Notes: generated by a model from the letters alone, not told the origin. 64,000 bases of DNA from an uncultured Sphingobacteriales bacterium (GCA_937871285.1 CALMQS010000124.1:2233-66232), one strand, 5' to 3'; positions 1-9,030 are shown, counted from the stretch's first letter. Translations and numbers: made by a program.

Positions 1-260
1 CTGATTCCAGGCTGTTTTATTTTTCAAAGGGCTTTTTTCTTTCATAAATCTATTAACAGTAAAAATAAATAGAATTTTCACCAGTAATTACTATAATAAT
101 CAATCGTTTATCGCTTAAAAAAAAGATTTAAAACTGATGATTTTTAAAGGTACTCTCTTGAGCAATTTATTCAGAATAGCCGTCCTATTGAGTGCCGGAA
201 TTTACTAAATACCCTGCCATTTTTATGATGGGTCATTAATATTATATAAATTTTTTACGG

Positions 261-707
261 CTATTTAACTGTAATCTGCTTACTGATTGCCATTTTTTTT
301 GCTTCTTCCTTTTTAGGCAAAACAAGTTTTAAAACACCGTCCTGGTAATGCGCATCAATCTTGTCTTTGTTTACTTCATCAGGAAGCGTAAAGCTGCGCT
401 CAAAAGAGGAATAGCTGTATTCCCGGCGTGTATATTTTTCATCCTTTTCTTCATTCTCTTCTTCTTTTTCACTTCTGACAGCAAGCAAATCGCCTTCCAC
501 ATCAATTTTAAAATCTTCCTTTTTCAGTCCTGGCGCAGCCATAGATACCAGGTAATCGTCTTTTCTTTCGACTATATTTACCGCAGGCACATTCATTACC
601 CTTGATGAAAAACCATCGTCAAACAGGTCCAGCAAGGATTTGTTAAAAAAATCCCCGGATAGGGAGGGCATTCTTTCCCTTCTTTTTGCCAATGTTCGTG
701 TGTTCAT
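261..707 (-). CDS. Hsp20/alpha-crystallin small heat shock protein
   Basis: 148 aa; PAVNIVE...APGLKKEDFKI...RREYSYSSFERSFTLP...A.Y.DGVL.L.LPK alpha-crystallin signature. Confidence 0.95.
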   Translation of the reverse strand: MNTRTLAKRRERMPSLSGDFFNKSLLDLFDDGFSSRVMNVPAVNIVERKDDYLVSMAAPGLKKEDFKIDVEGDLLAVRSEKEEENEEKDEKYTRREYSYSSFERSFTLPDEVNKDKIDAHYQDGVLKLVLPKKEEAKKMAISKQITVK

Positions 708-1445
708 AATTATTTGCTTTTGATATTAAGAAATTGTTTATACAGTAAAAATATGCAAGTCATTTCCCGGAACAAGTAGCGATAATCAACGAAAACAATG
801 ACATTGGTCAGCGGTTGTTGATGTGTCAATTTTGAACGCCGGATAAAAATGAGGAATTATTTATATCATCTCATGGTAATCAGCTCGGGGTGCTCTTAGG
901 ACATTGCGTTAAATTTCCCGGGAACCTGCTCAAATACAGGCAATTCCTATACCCAAAGCAGTGAGGACAATCAACAATTTTTGTGACAGCCATCAACCTC
1001 TGCACAAATGATTAAAAGTAGCTTCGGTCTCTAAATCATTTTTTATGAATCCAATATTACAACCGCAGATACAGGAACTGATAGAAACCGTGCATTATCG
1101 CCCCGCCAGAGAATGGAATGCTTGCACAATATGGGGGTGCCGTGCTGATTAAACATTACTAGCCTGCTATTGACGTAGATGAACATAAGCGTTCTGAGAT
1201 AATCCAGTTCAGCGGTCATCACCACAAACAATACTTAAAACAATGAAAGGTCTTGAAAATGATTTATATGCCAGGCCTGGAATGCAATAAGCTCCACCCT
1301 CGGCCCGATATTTCACATCGGCGGGTGCTCCGGCGCTATCTTCTTTCTGATGAGTTTTGTACTCGTTGGAACAGGTTCCGGTTTTTCGGCCCCGATTATT
1401 CTGTTAATTATTATCCCGGTTCTTTTAACTAAAAAAATACAAAGT

Positions 1446-2297
1446 ATGTATAGCAATACAATCGACTTACGTACAAAACAAGATAATATCTTTTTGTCGT
1501 TGTCTTTCCTGCAGGCAGCGATGATTCTTACTGCTGCAATACAAAGCCTGCTGGAGCCATCAGTGTACAAGCTGGAATCCCGCAACTGGCAAATTCAAGC
1601 TATCGGACAAGACCTTATAAACAGCGTATTGGTTGCGCCTGCACTGGTCATATGTACTGTGTGCGTTTTCCGGAACAAGGCAAAAGCTTTTTATATTTGG
1701 GGTGGATTTCATTTGTATCTGTTGTATACATTTATCATCTATGCCTTTAACGTCCATTTCAACAGCTTTTTTTTGTTGTATTGCGGCGTCTTGGGAATCT
1801 CTGTATATTCATTGCTCTGGTATTCCAGCCGCATACTCCAACTCAACTCCCCTACCCTGTTTCGCCCAACGTTTTCATCAAAAATAATTGCAGTTTATTT
1901 TATTATGGTGGGTTCCTTCTTTATGGTGTTGTGGCTTTTTGAAATAGTTCCTGCAATTATAGCGGGAGGCCAACCCGACTCACTGGACAAAACAGCATTA
2001 TTCACGAACCCTGTGCATGTACTGGATATATCTGTTGTTTTGCCATCTTTTATAATAATAGCTATATTATTGTTAAAGGGGCACCGAATCGCTTTCCTAC
2101 TGGTACCTTCATTACTAACCTTCATGCTATTGATGAGTATCACTATTATGTTCCTGACAGTTTTTGCCGGGTACCAAGAACAGCAGCATAACGCGGCCTT
2201 AGCGTCTAACATGGCGTTGTTTTCACTGATATGTTTTTTCCTGTTAAGAAGGCATCTCGGGGAGTTAGTAAAACCACTCTCTACCAACCAGGAATAG
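1446..2297 (+). CDS. Multi-pass membrane hypothetical protein
   Basis: About 7 hydrophobic segments; NPVHVLD motif; start placed at ATG 1446 (A-rich context) rather than the ORF-track start at 1350. Confidence 0.75.
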   Translation: MYSNTIDLRTKQDNIFLSLSFLQAAMILTAAIQSLLEPSVYKLESRNWQIQAIGQDLINSVLVAPALVICTVCVFRNKAKAFYIWGGFHLYLLYTFIIYAFNVHFNSFFLLYCGVLGISVYSLLWYSSRILQLNSPTLFRPTFSSKIIAVYFIMVGSFFMVLWLFEIVPAIIAGGQPDSLDKTALFTNPVHVLDISVVLPSFIIIAILLLKGHRIAFLLVPSLLTFMLLMSITIMFLTVFAGYQEQQHNAALASNMALFSLICFFLLRRHLGELVKPLSTNQE

Positions 2298-2579
2298 CTA
2301 AATCGCTTTTACAACAAAACGATGAGAGAGATCATACTGAAACATTCAGTCTTTAAAGCCTCAGCCGGTACAAGTTCCTGTACCCGCTAAGGATTAGTGT
2401 AAAACCGGATGCATTCTGTGTATCCGGCCTTTGTTTAGTGCTTAGCTTATACTCACTAAGATGTTCACAGTGCAGAAAAGAGTTTTCAATCATTGATAGC
2501 TTAATGAAACCGGTCTGCTTTTCTGACGGAATGTTTTAGAAATATTCCCGGGCATTATCTCTTTACCGGATTGCCTAAG

Positions 2580-2650
2580 AGGTGCTGACCGGATTTGAAC
2601 CGATGTATCGGCTTTTGCAGAGCCGTGCCTAACCACTCGGCCACAGCACC
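2580..2650 (-). tRNA. tRNA-Cys (GCA)
   Basis: Reverse complement folds as GGTGCTG/CAGCACC acceptor, GCC/GGC D stem, CGGCT-CT(GCA)AA-AGCCG anticodon arm, ATCGG-TTCAAAT-CCGGT T arm; U discriminator; CCA not encoded. Confidence 0.97.
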
Positions 2651-2704
2651 ATTTCATAACGCGTTATCATTTTCAAAGGAATATTACCTAAAGTAACTAC
2701 AGGG

Positions 2705-2899
2705 CTATGTTTTTAAAATGGTACGCGGGCGTTCTTTTCGCAAAAAATACGGCAGGAAAGAGGTTATCACAAAAGCCAGAAAACCGGCTATATTTCTGCC
2801 TTTCGGATTACCTGCCACAGCTTTTTTTTCATGCGGCAGCCATGCATAATCTTCTTCCTCCCCGTACCGAAAGCCATCCGTATTCTTTTGCTTTGACAT
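2705..2899 (-). CDS. Possible small membrane protein (64 aa) upstream of tRNA-Cys
   Basis: A-rich start context and one hydrophobic stretch (IAGFLAFVITSFLPYFL); no family recognised. Confidence 0.3.
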   Translation of the reverse strand: MSKQKNTDGFRYGEEEDYAWLPHEKKAVAGNPKGRNIAGFLAFVITSFLPYFLRKERPRTILKT

Positions 2900-2933
2900 T
2901 TTTTGACATTTTTATTGACAACAATACAAAGGC

Positions 2934-2963
2934 AAAGCTATCCTGTAGACACAGGACAGCTTT
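2934..2963 (-). terminator. 13-bp hairpin (terminator/attenuator-like) downstream of the 2972-3061 sORF
   Basis: AAAGCTGTCCTGT-GTCT-ACAGGATAGCTTT on the minus strand, followed by T-rich sequence. Confidence 0.5.
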
Positions 2964-2971
2964 GGTGTACC

Positions 2972-3061
2972 TTATGACTCGATGACATGAGTGGATTCGA
3001 ACCACATACGTGATAAACCACGTCTCTTCCTGTAGTAAAGAGCATGCATTTTAGTAAACAT
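2972..3061 (-). CDS. Candidate leaderless sORF MFTKMHALYYRKRRGLSRMWFESTHVIES (29 aa)
   Basis: ATG lies 4 nt after a TACTTTTG -7 box; overlaps the cloverleaf. Confidence 0.35.
   Translation of the reverse strand: MFTKMHALYYRKRRGLSRMWFESTHVIES
2982..3049 (-). ncRNA. tRNA-like cloverleaf element (non-canonical)
   Basis: GCATG/CATGT closing stem, CTCTT-TACTACAGG-AAGAG D-like arm, ACGTG-GTTTAT-CACGT arm with a 6-nt loop, GTGG-TTCGAAT-CCAC canonical T arm. Confidence 0.4.
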
Positions 3062-3065
3062 GCTC

Positions 3066-3110
3066 CAAAAGTATTTTAATACTATTAGTCTACCAAATTA
3101 ATAGAATAAT
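3066..3110 (-). promoter_or_regulatory. Sigma70-type promoter (-7 TACTTTTG at 3066-3073, -33 TTTG at 3094-3097) with palindromic operator 3084-3110
   Basis: ATTAGTCTAC-CAAATTA-ATAGAATAAT; 20-nt -33/-7 spacer. Confidence 0.7.
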
Positions 3111-3173
3111 AATTTTTTATTGCACATTTCCACGTCCCAACAACTTCATAAAAAATTATTCTTCAAAAATAAA

Positions 3174-3217
3174 ATTAGTCTACTTATTTTGTAGACTAAT
3201 AAAATCTCCTATATTTG
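3174..3217 (+). promoter_or_regulatory. Sigma70-type promoter (-33 TTTG at 3188-3191, -7 TATATTTG at 3210-3217) with perfect palindromic operator 3174-3200
   Basis: ATTAGTCTAC-TTATTTT-GTAGACTAAT; 18-nt spacer, slightly short of consensus. Confidence 0.75.
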
Positions 3218-3221
3218 CAGC

Positions 3222-3272
3222 ATGAATTATCCTTCGCACAGGTTTCGTTGTTGTTGCCGCCTGGCAACATAA
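3222..3272 (+). CDS. Candidate Cys-rich leader peptide MNYPSHRFRCCCRLAT
   Basis: ATG 4 nt after the -7 box; three consecutive Cys codons (TGT TGT TGC); GTTGCC-GCCT-GGCAAC hairpin covers the Cys codons and ORF end. Confidence 0.55.
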   Translation: MNYPSHRFRCCCRLAT

Positions 3273-3358
3273 TCAATTATACACCGCTCCATGCGGAAAT
3301 CATTTTCCTTCCATTTACAAGGTTTTAAATATCACATCATAAAATATAATTCATTGTT

Positions 3359-4264
3359 ATGGGTACCATAAACAACTCCCTGTTCCATTTAGGGGATACA
3401 TTAACAACAGAACAGAAAAACTTTTTCCACAAATTTGGCATATTACAGTTCCGTAATTTTATAGATAAAGCAACGGTGGCCTCCTTTATAGAAGAGATCA
3501 GCAGTGTAGAACAAGAGTTATTAACCGAAGGCATACAAAAGATCAATGGCATACCACTGAAATTTGGAAAGAATACAGACGGAAGGCGCTTTATCCAGCG
3601 TATAGCATTCACCTCCCAGCATAGCAACCGGCTTAGCGTATTTCTTAAAGACAAACGCCTGGCAGCACTGGTTGCATTGCTGTATCCGTATGAAGGAAGG
3701 GTGGGCGAAAACGAAAAAGACGGGCTGGTGCTTAACCACTACATTAATACCCCGGACAGCGAATACAAGCAGCTCGGCTGGCATACAGACAGTCCCCGGG
3801 ATATATTCCTGGGATCGAGGATCATGCCCATGCTGAATGTTGGCCTGCATTTGGACGATTATCCTTTCGAGAAGGGAGGATTGAGAGTACTAACGGGAAC
3901 GCATACCCAAAATTTATTCCGGTTGCTGTTCCGAAAAAAATATTTTGTAGACAATGATCCTGATCCCCGGGAAGTAGGCTTTAATATTGAAGCCGGAGAC
4001 CTCACCGTTCATGATGGCAGGCTATGGCACAGGGTTCAACGCTCTGCATATTCCGGCGATGAAAGCCGCCGCAGGGTAATGTATATCCCGATTGTAACCG
4101 GCGCATACAGGCCTAAACACGCAGACAGCCCAACGCCTTTTTATCACAAGCTGGCCTTACCCAGGCTGGAACGGTACCGCGAGAGCCTCAGGTGGCCCAC
4201 TGTAAAAGAAAAAGGGCTGAAATGGAGCAGACTCGTTTCAGCAAAGCAACCTGAAAAAATATAA
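3359..4264 (+). CDS. Phytanoyl-CoA dioxygenase (PhyH)-family 2OG-Fe(II) oxygenase
   Basis: WHTD (HxD) ... GGLRVL.GTH ... GDLTVHDGRLWH ... RRVMY facial-triad pattern. Confidence 0.85.
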   Translation: MGTINNSLFHLGDTLTTEQKNFFHKFGILQFRNFIDKATVASFIEEISSVEQELLTEGIQKINGIPLKFGKNTDGRRFIQRIAFTSQHSNRLSVFLKDKRLAALVALLYPYEGRVGENEKDGLVLNHYINTPDSEYKQLGWHTDSPRDIFLGSRIMPMLNVGLHLDDYPFEKGGLRVLTGTHTQNLFRLLFRKKYFVDNDPDPREVGFNIEAGDLTVHDGRLWHRVQRSAYSGDESRRRVMYIPIVTGAYRPKHADSPTPFYHKLALPRLERYRESLRWPTVKEKGLKWSRLVSAKQPEKI

Positions 4265-4269
4265 AAGAC

Positions 4270-5046
4270 ATGGCATACGCACTCATCACCGGGGCTGCAA
4301 AGGGCATTGGTAAAGCAATCGCGTCTGAACTGGCATCGAAAGGCTATGATCTGCTGCTTGTTGACCTTGATGCTGCCGGTCTGGCACATACAGCCGCAAC
4401 ATTGGTTTCCGAACGCAAAGTGTTGGTGCATACCCTCACAGCAGACCTCTCTGCGCCTGACACTGCATACAAAATAAAGGAATGGACCGTTGCTTTTGAA
4501 AGCGAACTGCAGGTGCTGGTGAACAACGCGGCATTCGGGTTGAACGGCGCATTTGACAAGCTTTCACTCACCGAACAATTGCATATTATAGATGTTAATG
4601 TTAAGTCGGTAGTAGCGCTTTGCCACCTGTTTATACCGGTGCTCCGGCAGCAAGAGAAGGCGTATATACTTAACATCGGCAGCAATGCAGGTTACCAGCC
4701 TGTACCTTATCTTAACATCTATGCCGCTTCCAAAGCATTTATTATTTCGTTTACACGCAGCCTGCGTTATGAGTTGCGCAGATCCAATGTGCACGTGAGC
4801 TGTGTGAGCCCGGGAAGCACCGACACTGGCTTTGTAGACCGTGCAGGCATGAGCAGCGCGATCAGGAAAACTGCCGAAAGGTACAATATGAGCGCAGCGG
4901 AAGTGGCAAAAATAGCAGTAAAAGCATTGCTCAGTAAAAGAAAGGAACGTATTACAGGGGTGCAAACAAAGTTAGGTGTGTTTCTTTCGTGGCTTGCACC
5001 TAAATCGTGGTCTGAAAAATTTGGCGCTGATATATTCAGCAAATAA
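4270..5046 (+). CDS. Short-chain dehydrogenase/reductase (SDR)
   Basis: TGAAKGIG, LVNNAAFG, catalytic YAASK. Confidence 0.95.
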   Translation: MAYALITGAAKGIGKAIASELASKGYDLLLVDLDAAGLAHTAATLVSERKVLVHTLTADLSAPDTAYKIKEWTVAFESELQVLVNNAAFGLNGAFDKLSLTEQLHIIDVNVKSVVALCHLFIPVLRQQEKAYILNIGSNAGYQPVPYLNIYAASKAFIISFTRSLRYELRRSNVHVSCVSPGSTDTGFVDRAGMSSAIRKTAERYNMSAAEVAKIAVKALLSKRKERITGVQTKLGVFLSWLAPKSWSEKFGADIFSK

Positions 5047-5192
5047 AAACATGTAAAACATTAAGTCCGGGCGCGTTTTTCTTTGCAGTTGGTTTAATAC
5101 GAATTACGGTTATCGCCCGGCACAACTTCCACACGGGTTAAGGAGCCCGCACAGCGCTGGTTTCCTTAATCCGGATATTTTATCAATCTATT

Positions 5193-5795
5193 ATGGTTTA
5201 CAAAAGCATTGTGGCATTACTTTATTTGCTCACGGCGGCTTATCACGGCGGGGATAAGGATTACGTATATGAATCATACTATAACATTTTCAGGGATGGT
5301 AAGATCGTTGGTCATGTACGGTGCAGCAGATCGGAAAAGAATGGAGTAACGGAATATGTTACCGAATCAAAAGTGAAAATATCATTACTTGTAGATATTT
5401 CCATTTACAATAAGATAGAGAGTTCTTTTATTAACGGTATTTTATCTCAGGGCAGTATGGTTCGTAAAATTAACGGAAAGGCAAGGTCGGAATCGCGTAT
5501 CTCCTGGCAAAACGATAAATATATGGTTAGCGGTGCGGACGGCAAAAGCGGCGAATTGCGCTCCAGGATAGAATTCAGCACAGGCTGCCTTATGCACGCA
5601 GAGCCTGACCGCCATACAAAGATCTATTCCGAAAATTTCAGGCAACTGGTAGCCGTTCAACCGGTTGGACCACATAAGTATGCTATCAAACTACCCGATG
5701 GGAAAGATAATTTCTATACTTATAAAGACGGCGTTTGTATAGAAGTAGAAGTACCCACTGCATTTGCAACAGTATATATCAGGCCTGTAAAATAA
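5193..5795 (+). CDS. Secreted beta-rich hypothetical protein (DUF6134-like)
   Basis: Short signal-like N-terminus; YNIFRDGKIVG motif; family recalled from memory. Confidence 0.55.
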   Translation: MVYKSIVALLYLLTAAYHGGDKDYVYESYYNIFRDGKIVGHVRCSRSEKNGVTEYVTESKVKISLLVDISIYNKIESSFINGILSQGSMVRKINGKARSESRISWQNDKYMVSGADGKSGELRSRIEFSTGCLMHAEPDRHTKIYSENFRQLVAVQPVGPHKYAIKLPDGKDNFYTYKDGVCIEVEVPTAFATVYIRPVK

Positions 5796-5937
5796 GCTGA
5801 GTTTTGAATGTACCATCTGCCTACTGCACTTCAACACATAGGTACAATAGGGTCATAGGAAAACAATGGATATATATTTTCTCATTCAAATTGTTCGTCT
5901 GTACGGGTGTCTTTCAATTTGTTCAGCATAGCATAGC

Positions 5938-6789
5938 TCATTTAATATTTCCTGAAAAATCAACAGACTTTCCAATATGAACAGAGCGGCTGTTTACGGA
6001 AACCCTTGGAGCAAAACCTTTGGCTTCTATGACGTATGCAACAAAAGACAGGTTTTCCTTTACATAGCCAGACGGAATGGTGTAAGTAAACGTTTTAGCA
6101 TATACACCGTTTTTTGCGATAGTACCTAATTCATCTCCAAAGTAATTTCCGGTGAGATAGGCCCTGAGCACATGAAAATGCCGGTAATCTTCAATCCATT
6201 TTAAACTTCCGTCAACGAGATCTGCCTGCCTGTAAGGAATATCATTTTCCAGTACTGCAACCGCCAGGCGATAATCGGCGCTCGCTTCTCCCCTATTGGC
6301 AACCTGCACTTCCACCCTAACCGTATTATCTCCCGTAACAGCAGTGCCAAGCGCAATTCCTATCTTAGCCGTTGCTTTTGCCCGCTCTATGAAAGAACCG
6401 GACGTTGCATCAAATTCGCCTACCGTAACCAGGTCATCACGCTGGTCAATGATAACACCGGGATACCCGGTTACACCATAAAAATAGTTTTGAAACTGTT
6501 TATAGCCGCTGAATTCCATAGGATCATTCTCATCCAACCGGCCATGCACACTTATCAGATCAATCCTTCCGGGATATTTTGTTTCAGATGCTGCTGCTAT
6601 AAGGTCAGACACTTTCGGACAGTATACACAATCGAAAGAAACGAACTCCATGATCAGTACATTTTTAGTAAATGATGAAGTGTCGGAACCGCCCTGGTTG
6701 TTATCACCATCCGGGCCGCTTCCTTTTGTACAGGCGTTAATTGCAAGGGCAAAAACACAAAAGGAAAATATTTTAACGATATGCTTCAT
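5938..6789 (-). CDS. Omp28-related outer-membrane lipoprotein with thioredoxin-like CxxC
   Basis: Lipobox INAC; VLIMEFVSFDCVYCP; V.GYP; LENDI...H.HVLRA; start at MKHIV (6789). Confidence 0.85.
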   Translation of the reverse strand: MKHIVKIFSFCVFALAINACTKGSGPDGDNNQGGSDTSSFTKNVLIMEFVSFDCVYCPKVSDLIAAASETKYPGRIDLISVHGRLDENDPMEFSGYKQFQNYFYGVTGYPGVIIDQRDDLVTVGEFDATSGSFIERAKATAKIGIALGTAVTGDNTVRVEVQVANRGEASADYRLAVAVLENDIPYRQADLVDGSLKWIEDYRHFHVLRAYLTGNYFGDELGTIAKNGVYAKTFTYTIPSGYVKENLSFVAYVIEAKGFAPRVSVNSRSVHIGKSVDFSGNIK

Positions 6790-6800
6790 AGTATCAGGAA

Positions 6801-8384
6801 TTAAAATGATGATGTTACAGCAAGGTTTAACCCTGTATACGCAGGCATGTACAGGCAAACTCCTCCGGCACAAATAAGTCCTTCCCGGTTCCTGCCATAA
6901 TTCAGCGCAATTCTTGTACGCGAAAAAGTATAGCTTCCGCCGAGCCTGTAATAATGAACCCCTGTATCGCCGTAATTATACATATCTCCAATAAAACATG
7001 TAAAGGCAGGAGAAGCTGAGAACTCAACGAGTGCTGCGCCCCAATTCTTCAAATAATCCCTGCTCCAGAGATGCTGCAGCTCAAAACGAAAAGACCTTCC
7101 GGGCGCTGATTTCCAGAGCAGGTCACCTGCAGCTACATGAGAAGCATACAACGTATTTTCTTTACCAATAACAACAGGATTAAATACCTGGCCGGAATAG
7201 AACAGGTGTGTGAGCAATGTAGCACTGATCTTTTTCTCTATATCAATATTAATATCCTGGAAGTATTTTGTATTACCAGTGCCGAGAAAATCATACCCGT
7301 GAACAGCATCTCCTTTCAGATTATAATAGGTGGATGCATTGAATGACAACTGCGTTCCATATTTTCCACCTAATAGGCTTCCACTTTTTAAGCGATATTG
7401 AATATCCAGCTGCCCTCCTGTTTCTTCATTGCCCATCGTATTATGCGGATTCAGCATAGCAAGCGAATAGCCATGCTGTTTCGTAAGGGCAGGCAAATAA
7501 TTCAGGTCCCTGCCAACTCCTGCTATTCCGCGTGTAGTGCCAAATTGCATATACTCCAACCGGCGCAGTGATAGCAAACTTCCAAACCCCGTTGTATTAT
7601 AACCTATTTCGAGCAGCAACGCGCTGCCATTTTTATTTTTATTGTTTGAATATACACTGTTATCCTTCGACTTATATGCATACTCTCCCTGAAAACTGAA
7701 TGCTTCAACATCCCAGTTTACATTGAACGAATACGCCTGCACATTAGGATTAACAGGCTCCTGCCCCGCATAACTTACATAACGATTGATAACATTTATT
7801 GCCGCACCGGCAACGGAATGCTCAAGCTTAAACAATGAAGCCAGATCAACAGACAGGCTTGCACCTTTGATATTTGATTCAGCTTTATCCATAAATTCCC
7901 TGGGGCGGCCCAGGATTCCTTTTACATGAAAAAGATCACGAAATGAATAGGCGAGCCTCACTCCTTCTACAGATGTATTAAGACCAATAGCCCTTTCTTC
8001 ATACGCCCTGAAAATAAGCCCGTTGCCAAACTGATCATAAAAGTCACCGGCTGTAACCGCCAGGTTACTATCCTGAAAAGATGCATATTTAAATACCAGC
8101 CCGCTATTCCGTAAGGTGGTTGGCAATCCCTGCAATACCGGCAAATACGCCTCATACTGTAGGCCTGCCCTGAATTTTTTATATTGATAGTCTACCTTAA
8201 AATAATTATTAGATCCGAGCTTATCATCCGGAGCAATAATGCCGGGTTTACTATCATTTAAATAATAAATCGTATTGGTTTCAAAACTCCCCGATAAATT
8301 GCTTTGGGCGTACATAGATTTGGAGATTATCAAAAAGATGATAACATGTAAGCATATACTGATACAGATCCTGTTCCGCTTCAT
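6801..8384 (-). CDS. DUF6029-family outer-membrane beta-barrel protein
   Basis: GSNNYFKVDY...GDFYDQFGNGLIFRAYEER...YGRNREGLICAGGVCLYMPAYTG; terminal Phe. Confidence 0.8.
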   Translation of the reverse strand: MKRNRICISICLHVIIFLIISKSMYAQSNLSGSFETNTIYYLNDSKPGIIAPDDKLGSNNYFKVDYQYKKFRAGLQYEAYLPVLQGLPTTLRNSGLVFKYASFQDSNLAVTAGDFYDQFGNGLIFRAYEERAIGLNTSVEGVRLAYSFRDLFHVKGILGRPREFMDKAESNIKGASLSVDLASLFKLEHSVAGAAINVINRYVSYAGQEPVNPNVQAYSFNVNWDVEAFSFQGEYAYKSKDNSVYSNNKNKNGSALLLEIGYNTTGFGSLLSLRRLEYMQFGTTRGIAGVGRDLNYLPALTKQHGYSLAMLNPHNTMGNEETGGQLDIQYRLKSGSLLGGKYGTQLSFNASTYYNLKGDAVHGYDFLGTGNTKYFQDINIDIEKKISATLLTHLFYSGQVFNPVVIGKENTLYASHVAAGDLLWKSAPGRSFRFELQHLWSRDYLKNWGAALVEFSASPAFTCFIGDMYNYGDTGVHYYRLGGSYTFSRTRIALNYGRNREGLICAGGVCLYMPAYTGLNLAVTSSF

Positions 8385-8867
8385 TTACAGCCCTTTTAAA
8401 ACTTCCAGTACCTTTGATTCACTGCCCGGGGTATATCCAATATGTGAATAAACAATATTTCCTTTAGGGGTAATAATATATAACTGAGGAATGGAATTGA
8501 CATTCAGGGCCCGCTTAAAATCCTGATTTTTGTCTATTAATACGGTGAATGGCCATTCGCGTGCAGCAGCAAACGTACGAACCCTCGACACAGATCTTGC
8601 ATCATCTGTAGAAACCGCAACTATTTTGAAACTTACTTCTTCCTGCCATGTCGTCCATTGATCTCTAAAGGCATTCAACTCTTCGATGCAAGGCTTACAT
8701 ATTGTTGACCAGAATGATATTACCACCGGCACACCGTCATTAAGCAAAGCGTGTGAATTTATGGTTTCGCCTTTCAACGTATTTAATGGCACAGATGGCA
8801 GTTGTGTTTGACCGGAGACAATTGCAACTGACAGATACGCAAAACAAAACAGGAGATATCTTTTCAT
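8385..8867 (-). CDS. TlpA-family thiol-disulfide oxidoreductase
   Basis: VVISFWSTICKPCIEEL (CxxC), cis-Pro IPQ; signal peptide; stop codon abuts the DUF6029 ATG. Confidence 0.93.
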   Translation of the reverse strand: MKRYLLFCFAYLSVAIVSGQTQLPSVPLNTLKGETINSHALLNDGVPVVISFWSTICKPCIEELNAFRDQWTTWQEEVSFKIVAVSTDDARSVSRVRTFAAAREWPFTVLIDKNQDFKRALNVNSIPQLYIITPKGNIVYSHIGYTPGSESKVLEVLKGL

Positions 8868-9030
8868 TTTAAATTATTCTCAACTTATTTATAATCATAT
8901 ACCAGCTATCATCATCCTGCAAAATTGGAACACGACCTACAGCATTTCTCTTTTTTCATTTACATTTATCGAACACAGAAATTATTGAGCATATACATCT
9001 TCCCATATAATTCGTGGCAGATAATGAATC

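Noticed and set aside
817-829. FNR/CRP-like site TTGATGTGTCAA upstream of hsp20
   Set aside because: It is two bases shorter than TTGAT-N4-ATCAA and occurs once, so support is insufficient.
2982-3049. Functional canonical tRNA
   Set aside because: It has a 6-nt anticodon loop, a 4-bp T stem, a bulged or short acceptor stem and no spacer bases 8-9. It is kept only as a tRNA-like element.
3926-4838. Additional operator sites at GTAGAC hexamers (~3927, ~4834)
   Set aside because: These are isolated half-sites inside coding regions with no partner arm at 7-bp spacing.
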